Assembly: GCA_913056125.1 (NCBI GenBank)
Contig: CAJXNC010000012.1
Location: 18,861 to 82,860 of the forward strand
Direction: 5' to 3'
DNA from: an uncultured Altererythrobacter sp.
Lineage (GTDB): Bacteria > Pseudomonadota > Alphaproteobacteria > Sphingomonadales > Sphingomonadaceae
Length of the DNA: 64,000 bases
In this document: positions 55,728 to 64,000 of the stretch, in pieces
Layout: each line of letters begins with the position of its first letter
How positions within the stretch are numbered: position 1 is the first letter of the stretch
Translations under genes and position numbers: made by a program
The notes under the pieces: generated by a model
The model's input: the letters and a program-made list of their open reading frames with translations, nothing else
What the model was told of the DNA's origin: nothing
Database searches by the model: none

Positions 55728-56757
55728 AGCTCTCGACGGGAAATTTGCCACGCGTCCTGTTGGCGAGCGCTACCAGCGAAAGCATCACCGGTACTTCCAC
55801 CAGCACGCCGACCACGGTGGCCAGGGCCGCGCCGCTTGTCAGGCCGAACAGGCCGATCGCCACGGCGACTGCCAGTTCGAAGAAGTTCGATGTTCCGATG
55901 AGCGCGCAAGGCGCGGCAATATTGTGCGGGACCTTCCAGGCCCATGCTGCGGCATAGGCGACCGCGAAGATGCTGTAGGACTGGATGATAATGGGTATGG
56001 CGATCAGGAGGATCAGCACTGGCTGCGTGACGATCGTCTCTGCCTGGAAGGCGAAGAGCAGCACCACGGTTGCCAGCAATCCAATGATCGAGAAGGGCTT
56101 GAGACGCGCGGTGAATGCATCGACCGCAGATTCGTCATCGCCTGCGCGCGCAATGATGGTGCGGCGTGTAAGCCAGCCGAGCACCAAGGGTATCACCACG
56201 TAAAGCACGACCGAGAGCAGCAGCGTCGTCCACGGCACTTCGATATCGGTAACGCCCAGCAGCAGCGCGACGATCGGCGCGAAGGCGACAATCATGATCA
56301 AATCGTTCGCCGAAACCTGCACCAGCGTATAGGCCGGGTCACCCTTGGTCAGCTGCGACCAAACGAACACCATCGCCGTGCATGGCGCGGCGCCGAGCAG
56401 GATCAGGCCGGCGATGTACTGGTCGGCCTCGGCCCCGGTTATCAGGCCCGAATAAAGGTAGTCGAAGAACAACACGGCCAGCGCCGCCATGGTGAAGGGT
56501 TTTATCAACCAGTTCACTGCCAGCGTGATGATCAGGCCCTTCGGCTTGGTCCCGATCTGCCTGATGCTGGCAAAGTCGACGCCCACCATCATCGGATAGA
56601 TCATCGCCCAGATGAGCACGGCCACCACGAGATTGACCGAGGCGTATTCAAGTCCGGCAAGCGAGGCTGCAATACCCGGCGCGACAAGGCCGAGTATGAC
56701 CCCGGCGACAATCGCCAGGCCGACCCAGATCGACAGGAAACGTTCGAATATCGCCAT
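55720..56757 (-). CDS. acr3: Arsenite efflux permease, ACR3 family
   Basis: 345-aa [12 protein letters not shown]...[11 protein letters not shown]...[17 protein letters not shown] is the ACR3 pattern. Its 3' end overlaps the spt 3' end by 8 nt. Confidence 0.92.
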   Translation of the reverse strand: MAIFERFLSIWVGLAIVAGVILGLVAPGIAASLAGLEYASVNLVVAVLIWAMIYPMMVGVDFASIRQIGTKPKGLIITLAVNWLIKPFTMAALAVLFFDYLYSGLITGAEADQYIAGLILLGAAPCTAMVFVWSQLTKGDPAYTLVQVSANDLIMIVAFAPIVALLLGVTDIEVPWTTLLLSVVLYVVIPLVLGWLTRRTIIARAGDDESAVDAFTARLKPFSIIGLLATVVLLFAFQAETIVTQPVLILLIAIPIIIQSYSIFAVAYAAAWAWKVPHNIAAPCALIGTSNFFELAVAVAIGLFGLTSGAALATVVGVLVEVPVMLSLVALANRTRGKFPVESSR

Positions 56758-57263
56758 CAGGTCGCTCCCTCGGCTTCACGTCCGATAGCAATCAGCGCGT
56801 CGCGCCATTCGCGGTCGGACAAGGCTTCCTCGTCGAGCGCCAGCATGGCATCGACACGTTCGGTCAGCCTGCGATAGGCGGTTTCGAAGCCCGCCATATC
56901 GCCATCCACGTGATTCCCTGCTGCATCCACGCTGGCAGGATCGGGAATGCCCCAATGCGCTTGTAGCGGATGACCGGGAAAGATCGGGCAGGTCTCGCCC
57001 TTGGCATTGTCGCACACGGTAATCACCGCATGGATCTTCGGTGCTCCCGGCGCGGTGAACTCGTCCCAGCTTTTCGAGCGCATGGCGGAAACATCGTGCC
57101 CCTTGGCCGCAAGCAATTGCAGCGCCACCGGATTGGGCACGCCCCGCGGTTTGCTGCCTGCGGAATAGGCCATGAAGCGCCCCTGCCCGCGCGCATTGAG
57201 GATCGCCTCGGCAAGGATCGAACGGGCCGAATTGGCCGTGCACAGGAACAGGACGTTGCGCAT
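56757..57263 (-). CDS. arsC: Arsenate reductase (LMW-PTPase/thioredoxin-coupled type)
   Basis: Frame of ORF 56757..57320, with the start at ATG 57263. [17 protein letters not shown]-loop (CX5R) and [14 protein letters not shown]. Confidence 0.9.
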   Translation of the reverse strand: MRNVLFLCTANSARSILAEAILNARGQGRFMAYSAGSKPRGVPNPVALQLLAAKGHDVSAMRSKSWDEFTAPGAPKIHAVITVCDNAKGETCPIFPGHPLQAHWGIPDPASVDAAGNHVDGDMAGFETAYRRLTERVDAMLALDEEALSDREWRDALIAIGREAEGAT

Positions 57264-57265
57264 GA

Positions 57266-57592
57266 TCAGTCCTCGCAAAGGGCCTCGGCAGCCGGGACAT
57301 CGCATCCAGCTCCACCGCAACAGTTTTCGGTCAGGTAATCAACGAGGTTGCCCATGGCAGTGAAATCGGCCGTGTAGATCAGCGAGCGGCCTTCACGGCG
57401 CTGGTGCACCAAACCTGACTCGGCCAGCTGGGCGAGATGGAAGGAAAGCGAGCTGTTGGGAACGCCGAGCGCCTCCGCGATCTGCCCTGCTGCCATGCCT
57501 TCGGTTCCGGCTTGCACGAGCAGGCGGAAGGCGGCGAGGCGATGGTCCTGCGCCAGCGCGGAAAGTGCGTCTACGGCCTGATTCGCTTTCAT
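57266..57592 (-). CDS. arsR: ArsR/SmtB-family metalloregulator
   Basis: Frame of ORF 57266..57628, with the start at ATG 57592. LSALAQDHRLAAFRLLVQAG...AGQIAEALGVPNSSLSFHLAQLAESGLV, plus a Cys-rich C-terminus (CCGGAGCD). Confidence 0.9.
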   Translation of the reverse strand: MKANQAVDALSALAQDHRLAAFRLLVQAGTEGMAAGQIAEALGVPNSSLSFHLAQLAESGLVHQRREGRSLIYTADFTAMGNLVDYLTENCCGGAGCDVPAAEALCED

Positions 57593-57610
57593 TTCGATAT
57601 TTATCGAAAT
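57591..57610. promoter_or_regulatory. Perfect dyad ATTTCGATA-TT-TATCGAAAT, probable ArsR operator
   Basis: Read directly. The dyad overlaps the arsR start codon (minus strand ...TATCGAAATG). Confidence 0.55.
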
Positions 57611-57651
57611 GTTGGTCGGGAGACGCAAGCCTTATTTCGAGAAAACTCGAA

Positions 57652-58299
57652 TTATAACTGGTCGAGGCTTGTCACCTGCGCGCAGCGGTCGGTCGGGTCG
57701 CTCTCATCCCCGCCATCGAGCTGGGTGATCAGCACGAAGCCGCCGATCAGCAGGACCACGAACAAGGCCGTGAGCATGCCGAGATACTTGTCGATGAAGC
57801 GCTTGATTGGCGCGCCGAAGACGCGGAACAGGATTCCGACCGTCATGAAGATCAGCCCGCGCCCGACAATGCTGGCAAGCAGGAAGCTGACGATCGACAT
57901 CTCGATAAAGCCGGCGGTGATGGTCAGCAGCTTGAATGGCACCGGCGTCGTCCCGGCAATGACGATCACTTCCCAGTCATATTCGCGCAGGTAACAGGCC
58001 GCCTTGGGAAAGCTTTCGGTCAGGCCCAGAAGGCCGATCAGCCATTCGCCCAGCGCCTCGTAAAGAAAGAAGCCGATGGCATAGCCGAATAGCGCACCCA
58101 GCACCGATGCACCGGTACAGATCAGCGCGAAGCGGATCGCCTTCTTTGGTTCGGCTAGGCACATGAGGCCCAGCAGCGGGTGCGGCGGGATCGGGAAGAA
58201 GCTGGATTCGATGAAGCTGACCAGCGCCAGCCAGCCTTGCGCATGCGGATGCGCCGCCTTGTCGATAGTCCATTCATACAAAGCGCGCAGCCAGCCCAT
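57652..58299 (-). CDS. YqaA/DedA-related membrane protein
   Basis: 215-aa ORF. LALVSFIESSFFPIPPHPLL...TTPVPFKLLTITAGF pattern. Confidence 0.75.
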   Translation of the reverse strand: MGWLRALYEWTIDKAAHPHAQGWLALVSFIESSFFPIPPHPLLGLMCLAEPKKAIRFALICTGASVLGALFGYAIGFFLYEALGEWLIGLLGLTESFPKAACYLREYDWEVIVIAGTTPVPFKLLTITAGFIEMSIVSFLLASIVGRGLIFMTVGILFRVFGAPIKRFIDKYLGMLTALFVVLLIGGFVLITQLDGGDESDPTDRCAQVTSLDQL

Positions 58300-58387
58300 A
58301 AGTGCTCCGATCCCCTAGAGTTTCTGCGGGTTAGGCGAGCGGCAATAACCGTGCAAGCGCGAATAGATAACCCATTTGGCACTTTTT

Positions 58388-58472
58388 TTGACATCGTCAC
58401 GCTATTTAGGTACATAAGAGGAACATCGCGATAGAGCGAGTCGAAAGGGCGGTCCCGCAAGGGCCGCCCTTT
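58388..58472 (+). promoter_or_regulatory. Sigma70-like promoter (TTGACA-N17-TACATA) followed ~25 nt later by a 12-bp stem / GCAA tetraloop hairpin, upstream of the GTA g1-like gene
   Basis: TTGACA at 58388-58393 and TACATA at 58411-58416. The hairpin AAAGGGCGG(T)CCC-GCAA-GGGCCGCCCTTT is at 58444-58472. All read directly; function is inferred. Confidence 0.4.
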
Positions 58473-58475
58473 CTC

Positions 58476-58991
58476 GTGCCCGCCACGCAATATCGGGACC
58501 AGGCAGGATTCATGGGATCGCAGACCAAGATCAAACCGCAATTGAAGGCAGGAGAGAAAGACGGGCTCAATCGCCACTGGCGCGGCCTGTTCCTCGACGT
58601 ACTAGCAGAGACGTCCAACGTCTCTGCCGCAGCGCGCATGGCGGGGATCAATCCCAGCCGCGCCTACAAGGTCCGCCGCGCCGAGCCTCGCTTCCGCACC
58701 GATTGGCAGGAAGCACTGCTTGAAGGCTACGAACACCTGGAAATGGAAACGCTCCACCGGCTGCGCTTCGGGACGGGCAAGGAGGACAACAAGTTCGATG
58801 TCGCCAATGCGCTGCGCCTGCTGAGCCTGCACAAGGAAACCGCAGCGCGCGCCAAGGCGCTGCGCGACGAAGAGGACGAGGAAAGCGTACTCGCCTCCTT
58901 AAATGCCAAGATCGATGCCATGCGCGCCCGCGAGGCCGAAGTGAAGCGCATGCTCGCCGATGACGAACAGGATGGGCATGGAAGCGATTGA
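58476..58991 (+). CDS. GTA/phage small-terminase-like HTH protein (RcGTA g1 position); start may be ATG 58512
   Basis: 171-aa ORF. WRGLFLDVLAETSNVSAAARMAGINPSRAYKVRRAEPRFRTDWQEALLEGYEHLEMETLHRL is the motif found upstream of GTA large terminase genes in alphaproteobacteria. Confidence 0.7.
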   Translation: MPATQYRDQAGFMGSQTKIKPQLKAGEKDGLNRHWRGLFLDVLAETSNVSAAARMAGINPSRAYKVRRAEPRFRTDWQEALLEGYEHLEMETLHRLRFGTGKEDNKFDVANALRLLSLHKETAARAKALRDEEDEESVLASLNAKIDAMRAREAEVKRMLADDEQDGHGSD

Positions 58992-59721
58992 GCGGCTGCG
59001 CTTCCTCATCGGACTGGAGCCGCAATCGCGCGAGGGCTTCCTGGCGGATCTCGACGAAAGCGAGCGTCGCCAGCTCAAGGCCTACTGGCCATTCTGGGCG
59101 CGCGAGGAACAGCTGCCACCCGATGGCGACTGGCGAATCTGGCTGATCTGTGCCGGGCGCGGCTTCGGCAAGACCCGCGCGGGGGCCGAATGGGTTTGCG
59201 AGATTGCCCGCAACCACCCGCAAGCCCGTATCGCACTGGTCGGCTCCTCCATCGGGGAGGCGCGCAGCGTGATGGTCGAAGGCGAAAGCGGGATCCTCGC
59301 CTGTTCGCACGGCTCCTCGCGACCGAACTTCGAAGCGAGCCTCAGGCGGCTGACCTGGCCCAATGGCGCGCAGGCTTTTCTCTACTCTGCAGCCGAGCCG
59401 GAAAGCCTGCGCGGTCCGCAGCACAGCCACGCCTGGTGCGACGAGATTGCCAAATGGGACAATGCCTCTGCCCGCGCGACAAGTGCGTGGGACAACCTCC
59501 TGCTCGGCATGCGGCTGGGCGAGACCCCGCGCCTTCTGGCAACGACCACGCCGCGCGCCGTGCCGCTGCTCCGCCGCTTGTTCGATGAAGAGAAGCTGGG
59601 TGCCGTATCGGTCACGCGTGGCAGCACATATGACAATGGCGCACACCTGCCTGCGAGCGTCTCTACGATGGAGGATGGCAGATACCGCCAAGCGCGGCAG
59701 AACCGACGGGCGGCAGTGTAA
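58960..59721 (+). pseudogene. Truncated GTA/phage large terminase (N-terminal ATPase half only)
   Basis: 253-aa ORF. YWPFWAREEQLPPDGDWRIWLICAGRGFGKTRAGAEW (Walker A) and HAWCDEIAKW (Walker B). The terminase-like sequence stops after GSTYDNGAHLPAS near 59660. No nuclease half follows, and queC begins 84 nt later. Confidence 0.75.
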
Positions 59722-59798
59722 TCGATGTCGAGGCCCGCAATGCCATTACCGGCCTGATCACCGCGCTGGTTGCCGCGGGGGTCATCCAGCAGTCCTGA
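59664..59798 (+). pseudogene. Orphan C-terminal fragment of a GTA-associated tail-fibre/DUF2793-like gene (different frame from the terminase remnant)
   Basis: Frame +2 relative to the terminase ORF reads WQIPPSAAEPTGGSVIDVEARNAITGLITALVAAGVIQQS*. The GG..D.EAR.AI...L..L...G.I ending resembles the C-terminus of alphaproteobacterial DUF2793 proteins as I remember them. Not verified. Confidence 0.4.
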
Positions 59799-59804
59799 GA
59801 AAGC

Positions 59805-60497
59805 TCAGTCAGGTGACGCTGCATATGGGGTCGGATCGACAAGCCCTGAGTCGGCAAATCCCTGCCTGCGCAGACGGCAACTGTCGCACAAACCGCAAGC
59901 CAGGCCGTTGGGCGTGGGATCATAGCAGGACCAACTCATGGCCGGGTCTAGGCCGAGCCTGACACACTCCCTGGCGATCTCTGCCTTTCCGAGATGCTGC
60001 AACGGAGCATGGATCACGAAAGGCTGCCCCTCGACCCCCGCTTTGGTGCCCAGCCGGGCGGTCTCTGCAAAGCTGGAAATAAACTCCGGTCGACAGTCGG
60101 GATAGCCGGAATAGTCCAGGGCATTGACCCCGATGAAGATGTCGCTTGCTCCGCTCGCTTCGGCGAAGGCAGCGGTAAGGGCGAGAAAAACGAGATTGCG
60201 AGCCGGAACGTAGGTGACAGGGATATCGTTTCCGACACCGATCTTGGGCACTTCGATATCGTCGGTAAGCGCCGAGCCGCCAAAGCGCGATAAATCCAGC
60301 GGCAGGATCACATGGCGCTCAACGCCGAGGTGCTCGGCTATCGCATTAGCCGAGGCGATCTCGCGCCGATGCCGCTGGTTATAATCGATGGTGAGGGCAT
60401 GGAGCGCAAACCCCTGCTCCTGCGCCATTCCGGCAGTGACCATTGAATCAAGCCCACCTGAAAGCAGGATCACGGCAGTGGCGTTGTTGCTCATCAC
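59805..60497 (-). CDS. queC: 7-cyano-7-deazaguanine synthase
   Basis: 230-aa ORF. AVILLSGGLDS PP-loop and a C-terminal Zn cysteines cluster (CYDP...GLACGLCDSCRLR). Confidence 0.95.
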   Translation of the reverse strand: MMSNNATAVILLSGGLDSMVTAGMAQEQGFALHALTIDYNQRHRREIASANAIAEHLGVERHVILPLDLSRFGGSALTDDIEVPKIGVGNDIPVTYVPARNLVFLALTAAFAEASGASDIFIGVNALDYSGYPDCRPEFISSFAETARLGTKAGVEGQPFVIHAPLQHLGKAEIARECVRLGLDPAMSWSCYDPTPNGLACGLCDSCRLRRQGFADSGLVDPTPYAASPD

Positions 60498-60540
60498 ACC
60501 CGGCTAAGCGGCCTTGAACGACAGGGCAAGCCTGTCAGCC

Positions 60541-60942
60541 CTAGCAGGGACCGGTATGGCGCGCCTCGCCATCCATTGAGAATGGCGTGCCGCCCTGTAT
60601 CCCCTGGCTATGGATCTGCACCAAGCCATTGCCTTCGCGGCGGATCGTGGTCCGACCATAGCCATCGCCGCGGCATGTGTATTGGACAGTCACTTCGTTA
60701 GGATCGTCCTGCACGACAAAGCTCGAGCAGCCCGATTGCCTGTGACGAATCTGGATCAGTTCTCGACCGGTGCGAACACAGATCCTGCGATCGGGTCCGC
60801 CGCTCCGCAATTGCAGCTCCCAGCCTCCGCGATTGAGGCGATCGAGCATTGCCAGTTCGGGGGCCTGGGCAGACGCGGGCAAGCCAACAGCAAGAAGCGC
60901 TGCGGCGAATGCTGCGATGCGAATTCCCTTCTTGCTGTTCAT
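60541..60942 (-). CDS. Small secreted protein, unknown function
   Basis: 133-aa ORF with signal peptide MNSKKGIRIAAFAAALLAVGLPASAQA. The mature part is beta-rich with 4 Cys. Confidence 0.55.
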   Translation of the reverse strand: MNSKKGIRIAAFAAALLAVGLPASAQAPELAMLDRLNRGGWELQLRSGGPDRRICVRTGRELIQIRHRQSGCSSFVVQDDPNEVTVQYTCRGDGYGRTTIRREGNGLVQIHSQGIQGGTPFSMDGEARHTGPC

Positions 60943-61027
60943 AAATTACCCCAAAGACAAATCCGGCTGAGGATTGGCTACCACAAACCAGATGAACGGT
61001 GAATTGACCTCCACGAGCGACGAGCTG

Positions 61028-61942
61028 TTAATCCTCGATTGCAAATTGCTTCGAGCAGAACGCGCAATCGACCAGTATTATCCCGTTTTCATTTGCCATT
61101 TCGCGACGGTCTTCCTTTGGAAAGCGCGCGAGCACTTCTTCAAAATGAACATGGGTGCATCGGCAGCCGCGTGAGAGTGCGTTGCCTTGCTCGACTCGCA
61201 CCTCACGTTCTTGATGATACAGGCGCCAGATCAAAGCTTCCAATGACAATGTCTGTTCGATGAGTTCATCCTTGGCCAAACTACGGGCCATGGTGGCGAC
61301 ATGCTCCCATTCAGGATGATCTAGTCTCGCATGCAGCCTTTCACGCCCCTCCTCGCCTTCGGGCAGGTGTTGCACCAGCATGCCAGCTGCGACACAATTC
61401 GCGACATTCGAATGGATAGCCGCCGTGACGATCGTGGGAACCTGCTCGCTTCGGGCAAAATAGGCCTCAACTGCTTCTGCCAGCGAGCCGCCTTCGAGTG
61501 GAACCACCCCCTGATAGCGTTGGCCCGTTTTTGCGATATCGAAGGTGATTGCTAGGAAGCCCTTTCCAAACAGGCTTTCCAACGAAGTGTCAGCGCCGAG
61601 CGCGTCGAACCGTTCGCGATCGTGCTGGACGTATCCGCGAAGCTCTCCATTGCGATAATCGCAGACCAGCAATTCGATCACGCCGCCTTCGGTCTGGGCC
61701 TGCATGGTAAGCTGGTCGTCCTCCTCCTTCAGCAAGCCGCCCATCAGCGTCGTGACTAGGAGAGCTTCCGCGAGGACGTGCTTGATCGCCGGCGGATAGT
61801 CGTGCGCTCCGAGAATCTCATCGAGAACCGGGCCAAGGCGTACGGCCCGTCCGCGGCAGTCGCGGTCGGGGATGGAGAAACTCAGCAGGCGGTCGAAGCC
61901 TGTTTCCGGCTGTGCAGGCGAATCGTCGGTCATCCGCGCCAT
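61028..61942 (-). CDS. hslO: Redox-regulated chaperone Hsp33
   Basis: 304-aa ORF with the C-terminal zinc centre CRCT...CAFC. Confidence 0.9.
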   Translation of the reverse strand: MARMTDDSPAQPETGFDRLLSFSIPDRDCRGRAVRLGPVLDEILGAHDYPPAIKHVLAEALLVTTLMGGLLKEEDDQLTMQAQTEGGVIELLVCDYRNGELRGYVQHDRERFDALGADTSLESLFGKGFLAITFDIAKTGQRYQGVVPLEGGSLAEAVEAYFARSEQVPTIVTAAIHSNVANCVAAGMLVQHLPEGEEGRERLHARLDHPEWEHVATMARSLAKDELIEQTLSLEALIWRLYHQEREVRVEQGNALSRGCRCTHVHFEEVLARFPKEDRREMANENGIILVDCAFCSKQFAIED

Positions 61943-61964
61943 ATGGGTGCGGCAATGCGATTAG

Positions 61965-62912
61965 TTAACCCGATTCCGTTCCCAGCTTGCCGAGGGACCA
62001 AAGCAAGATGCTCTTTTGCGCGTGAATGCGGTTCTCGGCTTCATCGAAAACAACCGATTGCGGGCCTTCAAACACATCCTCGCTGACTTCTTCCCCGACA
62101 TGGGCGGGCAGACAATGCAGGAAGACGGCATCCCGGCTGGCGGCCGACATAAGATCGGCATTGACCTGGTAAGGCGTGAGCTCGGCAATCTTGGCCGCCG
62201 CATGCTCCTGCCCCATCGAAACCCAGGTGTCGGTGACGACGACGTCCGCTCCCCGAGCCGCTTCCAATGCATCCTGCGTCACCGTGATCGTGGATCCGGC
62301 GCGCCTTGCCTCATCGACATATTGCGCATCGGGGACGTAACCGGCAGGCGTGCCGATACGCATGTCGAACTTCATCAGTCCGGCCGCTTCGACAAGCGAA
62401 TTCATCACGTTGTTGCAGTCGCCGAGCCAGGCAAGCTGCAGACCGGGCAAGGGCTTGCCATGCTCGACAATTGTCAGCAGGTCGGCAACAATCTGGCATG
62501 GATGCGATTGATCGGTCAGTCCGTTGATGACCGGTACGCCTGCATGGCGGGCCATCTCCTCCACCTTGGAATGATCGTCGGTACGCACCATGATAGCGTC
62601 CACCATCCTGCCGAGTACCCGAGCGGTGTCGGCGATCGTTTCGCCGCGACCAAGTTGCGATGTTCCCGAATCGAGTATGAGCGCGGTTCCCCCCAGCTGG
62701 CGCACCGCGATGTCGAAACTGACGCGTGTGCGCGTCGAGTTCTTCTCAAAGATCATCGCCAGCACGTGACCGGCAAGAGGTGCGTCGTAATCCGCCTGAC
62801 CTTTCGGCAAGGCACGTCGAGCCGCCTTGCGATCGATCGCGTCATGGATCATCGCGGCAAGCGCATTGCCTCCGGCATCTGCCAGATCGAGGAATGACCT
62901 ATTCCCGGTCAC
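61965..62912 (-). CDS. argF: Ornithine carbamoyltransferase
   Basis: 315-aa [19 protein letters not shown] and HCLPA motifs. Confidence 0.96.
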   Translation of the reverse strand: MTGNRSFLDLADAGGNALAAMIHDAIDRKAARRALPKGQADYDAPLAGHVLAMIFEKNSTRTRVSFDIAVRQLGGTALILDSGTSQLGRGETIADTARVLGRMVDAIMVRTDDHSKVEEMARHAGVPVINGLTDQSHPCQIVADLLTIVEHGKPLPGLQLAWLGDCNNVMNSLVEAAGLMKFDMRIGTPAGYVPDAQYVDEARRAGSTITVTQDALEAARGADVVVTDTWVSMGQEHAAAKIAELTPYQVNADLMSAASRDAVFLHCLPAHVGEEVSEDVFEGPQSVVFDEAENRIHAQKSILLWSLGKLGTESG

Positions 62913-64000
62913 GACGATTGCCCGGGATCATAATCGGCAGCACCGGCCGAAAGCTTCTCGAAAAACTCGTCAATTTCTGCATCGCCAATGACCAGCGGCG
63001 GCAAGAGCCGCAAGGTGTTGTCACCAGCCGCAACGGTCAGCAATTGGTGGTCGTCACGCAGGTGAACCATAAAGGGGCGCGCTTCCACCTTCATTTTCAA
63101 CCCTAGCATCAGGCCCAGGCCACGGACTTCTTCGAACAATTCGGGATAGTTACCGATGAACTGCTCGAGGCGGGTGCGAATGCGTTCACCCTTCTCCCTG
63201 ACATCGGCCAGGAATTCATCGTTCGTCACCTCTTCCATCACCGCAGAGCCGGCGGCCATGGCGAGCGGATTGCCACCATAGGTCGAACCATGCGTGCCGA
63301 AGGTCATGCCGCGCGCAGCCTTTTCCATGGCAAGGCAGGCACCGAGCGGGAAACCACCACCAATGCCCTTGGCGGTTGCCATGATGTCCGGTTCGATCCC
63401 GTATTGCTCATAGGCATAGAGCGTGCCGGTACGCGCAACGCCCGTCTGCACCTCGTCGAAAACCAGCATGAGGTCATGCTCGTCGGCAAGTTCCCGCAGG
63501 CCCTTGATGAATTCCGGCGTCCCAACACGGATTCCTCCTTCGCCCTGCACAGGTTCCACGAGGAAGCCAGCAGTGTGCGGACCGATCGCAGCCTTTGCGC
63601 CCTCGAGGTCGTTGAATTCGACATATTTGAAGCCAGGCAGGAGGGGAGAGAAACCCTTGTGCATCTTCTCCTGATTCGATGCACTGATGGTCGCCATAGT
63701 CCGCCCATGAAAGGCGTTGTTGAAGGTAATCAATTCGAACCGATTCGGGTCACCACCCTCTGACTGGTGATAAGCGCGCGCCGTCTTGATCGCCGCTTCC
63801 ACCGCTTCGGCGCCAGAATTTGTGAAGAACACCGTGTCGGCGAATGTTGCATCGACGAGTTGCTGCGCCAGCCTCTCACCCTGCGGGCTGCCATATAGGT
63901 TCGAGACATGCATCAGGGTCTCGGCCTGACGCTGAATCGCGCTGATAAGCCCCGCATGGGAATGCCCAAGAAGATTTACCGCGATGCCCGCAGCGAAATC
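62909..64000 (-). CDS. argD: Acetylornithine aminotransferase; 5' end beyond the right edge
   Basis: The track ORF starts at an internal Met (63913). The frame stays open to 64000 ([36 protein letters not shown]). [16 protein letters not shown] and ATAKGIGGG are class III aminotransferase motifs. Overlaps argF by 4 nt. Confidence 0.93.
   Translation of the reverse strand, partial: DFAAGIAVNLLGHSHAGLISAIQRQAETLMHVSNLYGSPQGERLAQQLVDATFADTVFFTNSGAEAVEAAIKTARAYHQSEGGDPNRFELITFNNAFHGRTMATISASNQEKMHKGFSPLLPGFKYVEFNDLEGAKAAIGPHTAGFLVEPVQGEGGIRVGTPEFIKGLRELADEHDLMLVFDEVQTGVARTGTLYAYEQYGIEPDIMATAKGIGGGFPLGACLAMEKAARGMTFGTHGSTYGGNPLAMAAGSAVMEEVTNDEFLADVREKGERIRTRLEQFIGNYPELFEEVRGLGLMLGLKMKVEARPFMVHLRDDHQLLTVAAGDNTLRLLPPLVIGDAEIDEFFEKLSAGAADYDPGQSS

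Noticed and set aside
1-64000. Search by eye for tRNA/rRNA genes, CRISPR arrays, IS elements, integrases/transposases, toxin-antitoxin pairs and restriction-modification partners
   Set aside because: I found none. There are no regularly spaced repeats, no cloverleaf-compatible segments in the intergenic regions I inspected, and no recombinase-like ORFs. A tRNAscan/Infernal/ISfinder run would be needed to exclude small elements formally.

Overview
High-GC (about 63-68% on core-gene lines I counted) alphaproteobacterial chromosome segment. It is most likely Sphingomonadales (Erythrobacteraceae-like), because it carries acp-spt sphingolipid genes together with ctrA, divK and remnants of an RcGTA-type gene transfer agent. 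About 65 protein genes are supportable. Most are core housekeeping: scoAB, metK, lnt, prmC-prfA-hisS, ppa, lptB-rpoN, ctrA, trmB, maeB, mutS, gluQ, dksA, divK, queC, hslO and argF-argD. I found no tRNA, rRNA, CRISPR array, IS element or integrase.

The accessory content sits in a few small islets:
1. A secreted CEMIP/TMEM2-like G8 + beta-helix protein (5565-8228), a low-GC orphan methyltransferase, and a GbsR-type regulator with two small membrane proteins.
2. A TIR-TM-TPR receptor-like protein (22976-24970), followed by a blaI / sensor-less blaR1 / class-A beta-lactamase-fold operon.
3. An arsR-arsC-acr3 operon.
4. A collapsed GTA cluster (58.4-59.8 kb).

The most notable sequence-level observation is that both the G8 gene and the TIR gene lie just downstream of a housekeeping gene (scoB and ppa respectively). 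Each is followed by a decayed second copy of that gene's 3' end, which is a repeated footprint of cargo insertion without any recombinase left.

My best candidate for an undescribed system is the membrane-spanning TIR protein, which has a Toll-like-receptor-style topology. This rests on motif reading only, with no database search or structure prediction.

Other candidates:
- an orphan terminator and possible sRNA upstream of a CDC48-like ATPase
- a degenerate acid-phosphatase-like lipoprotein wedged inside the scoA-scoB operon
- an orphan Pycsar-effector-like (DUF5706) membrane protein
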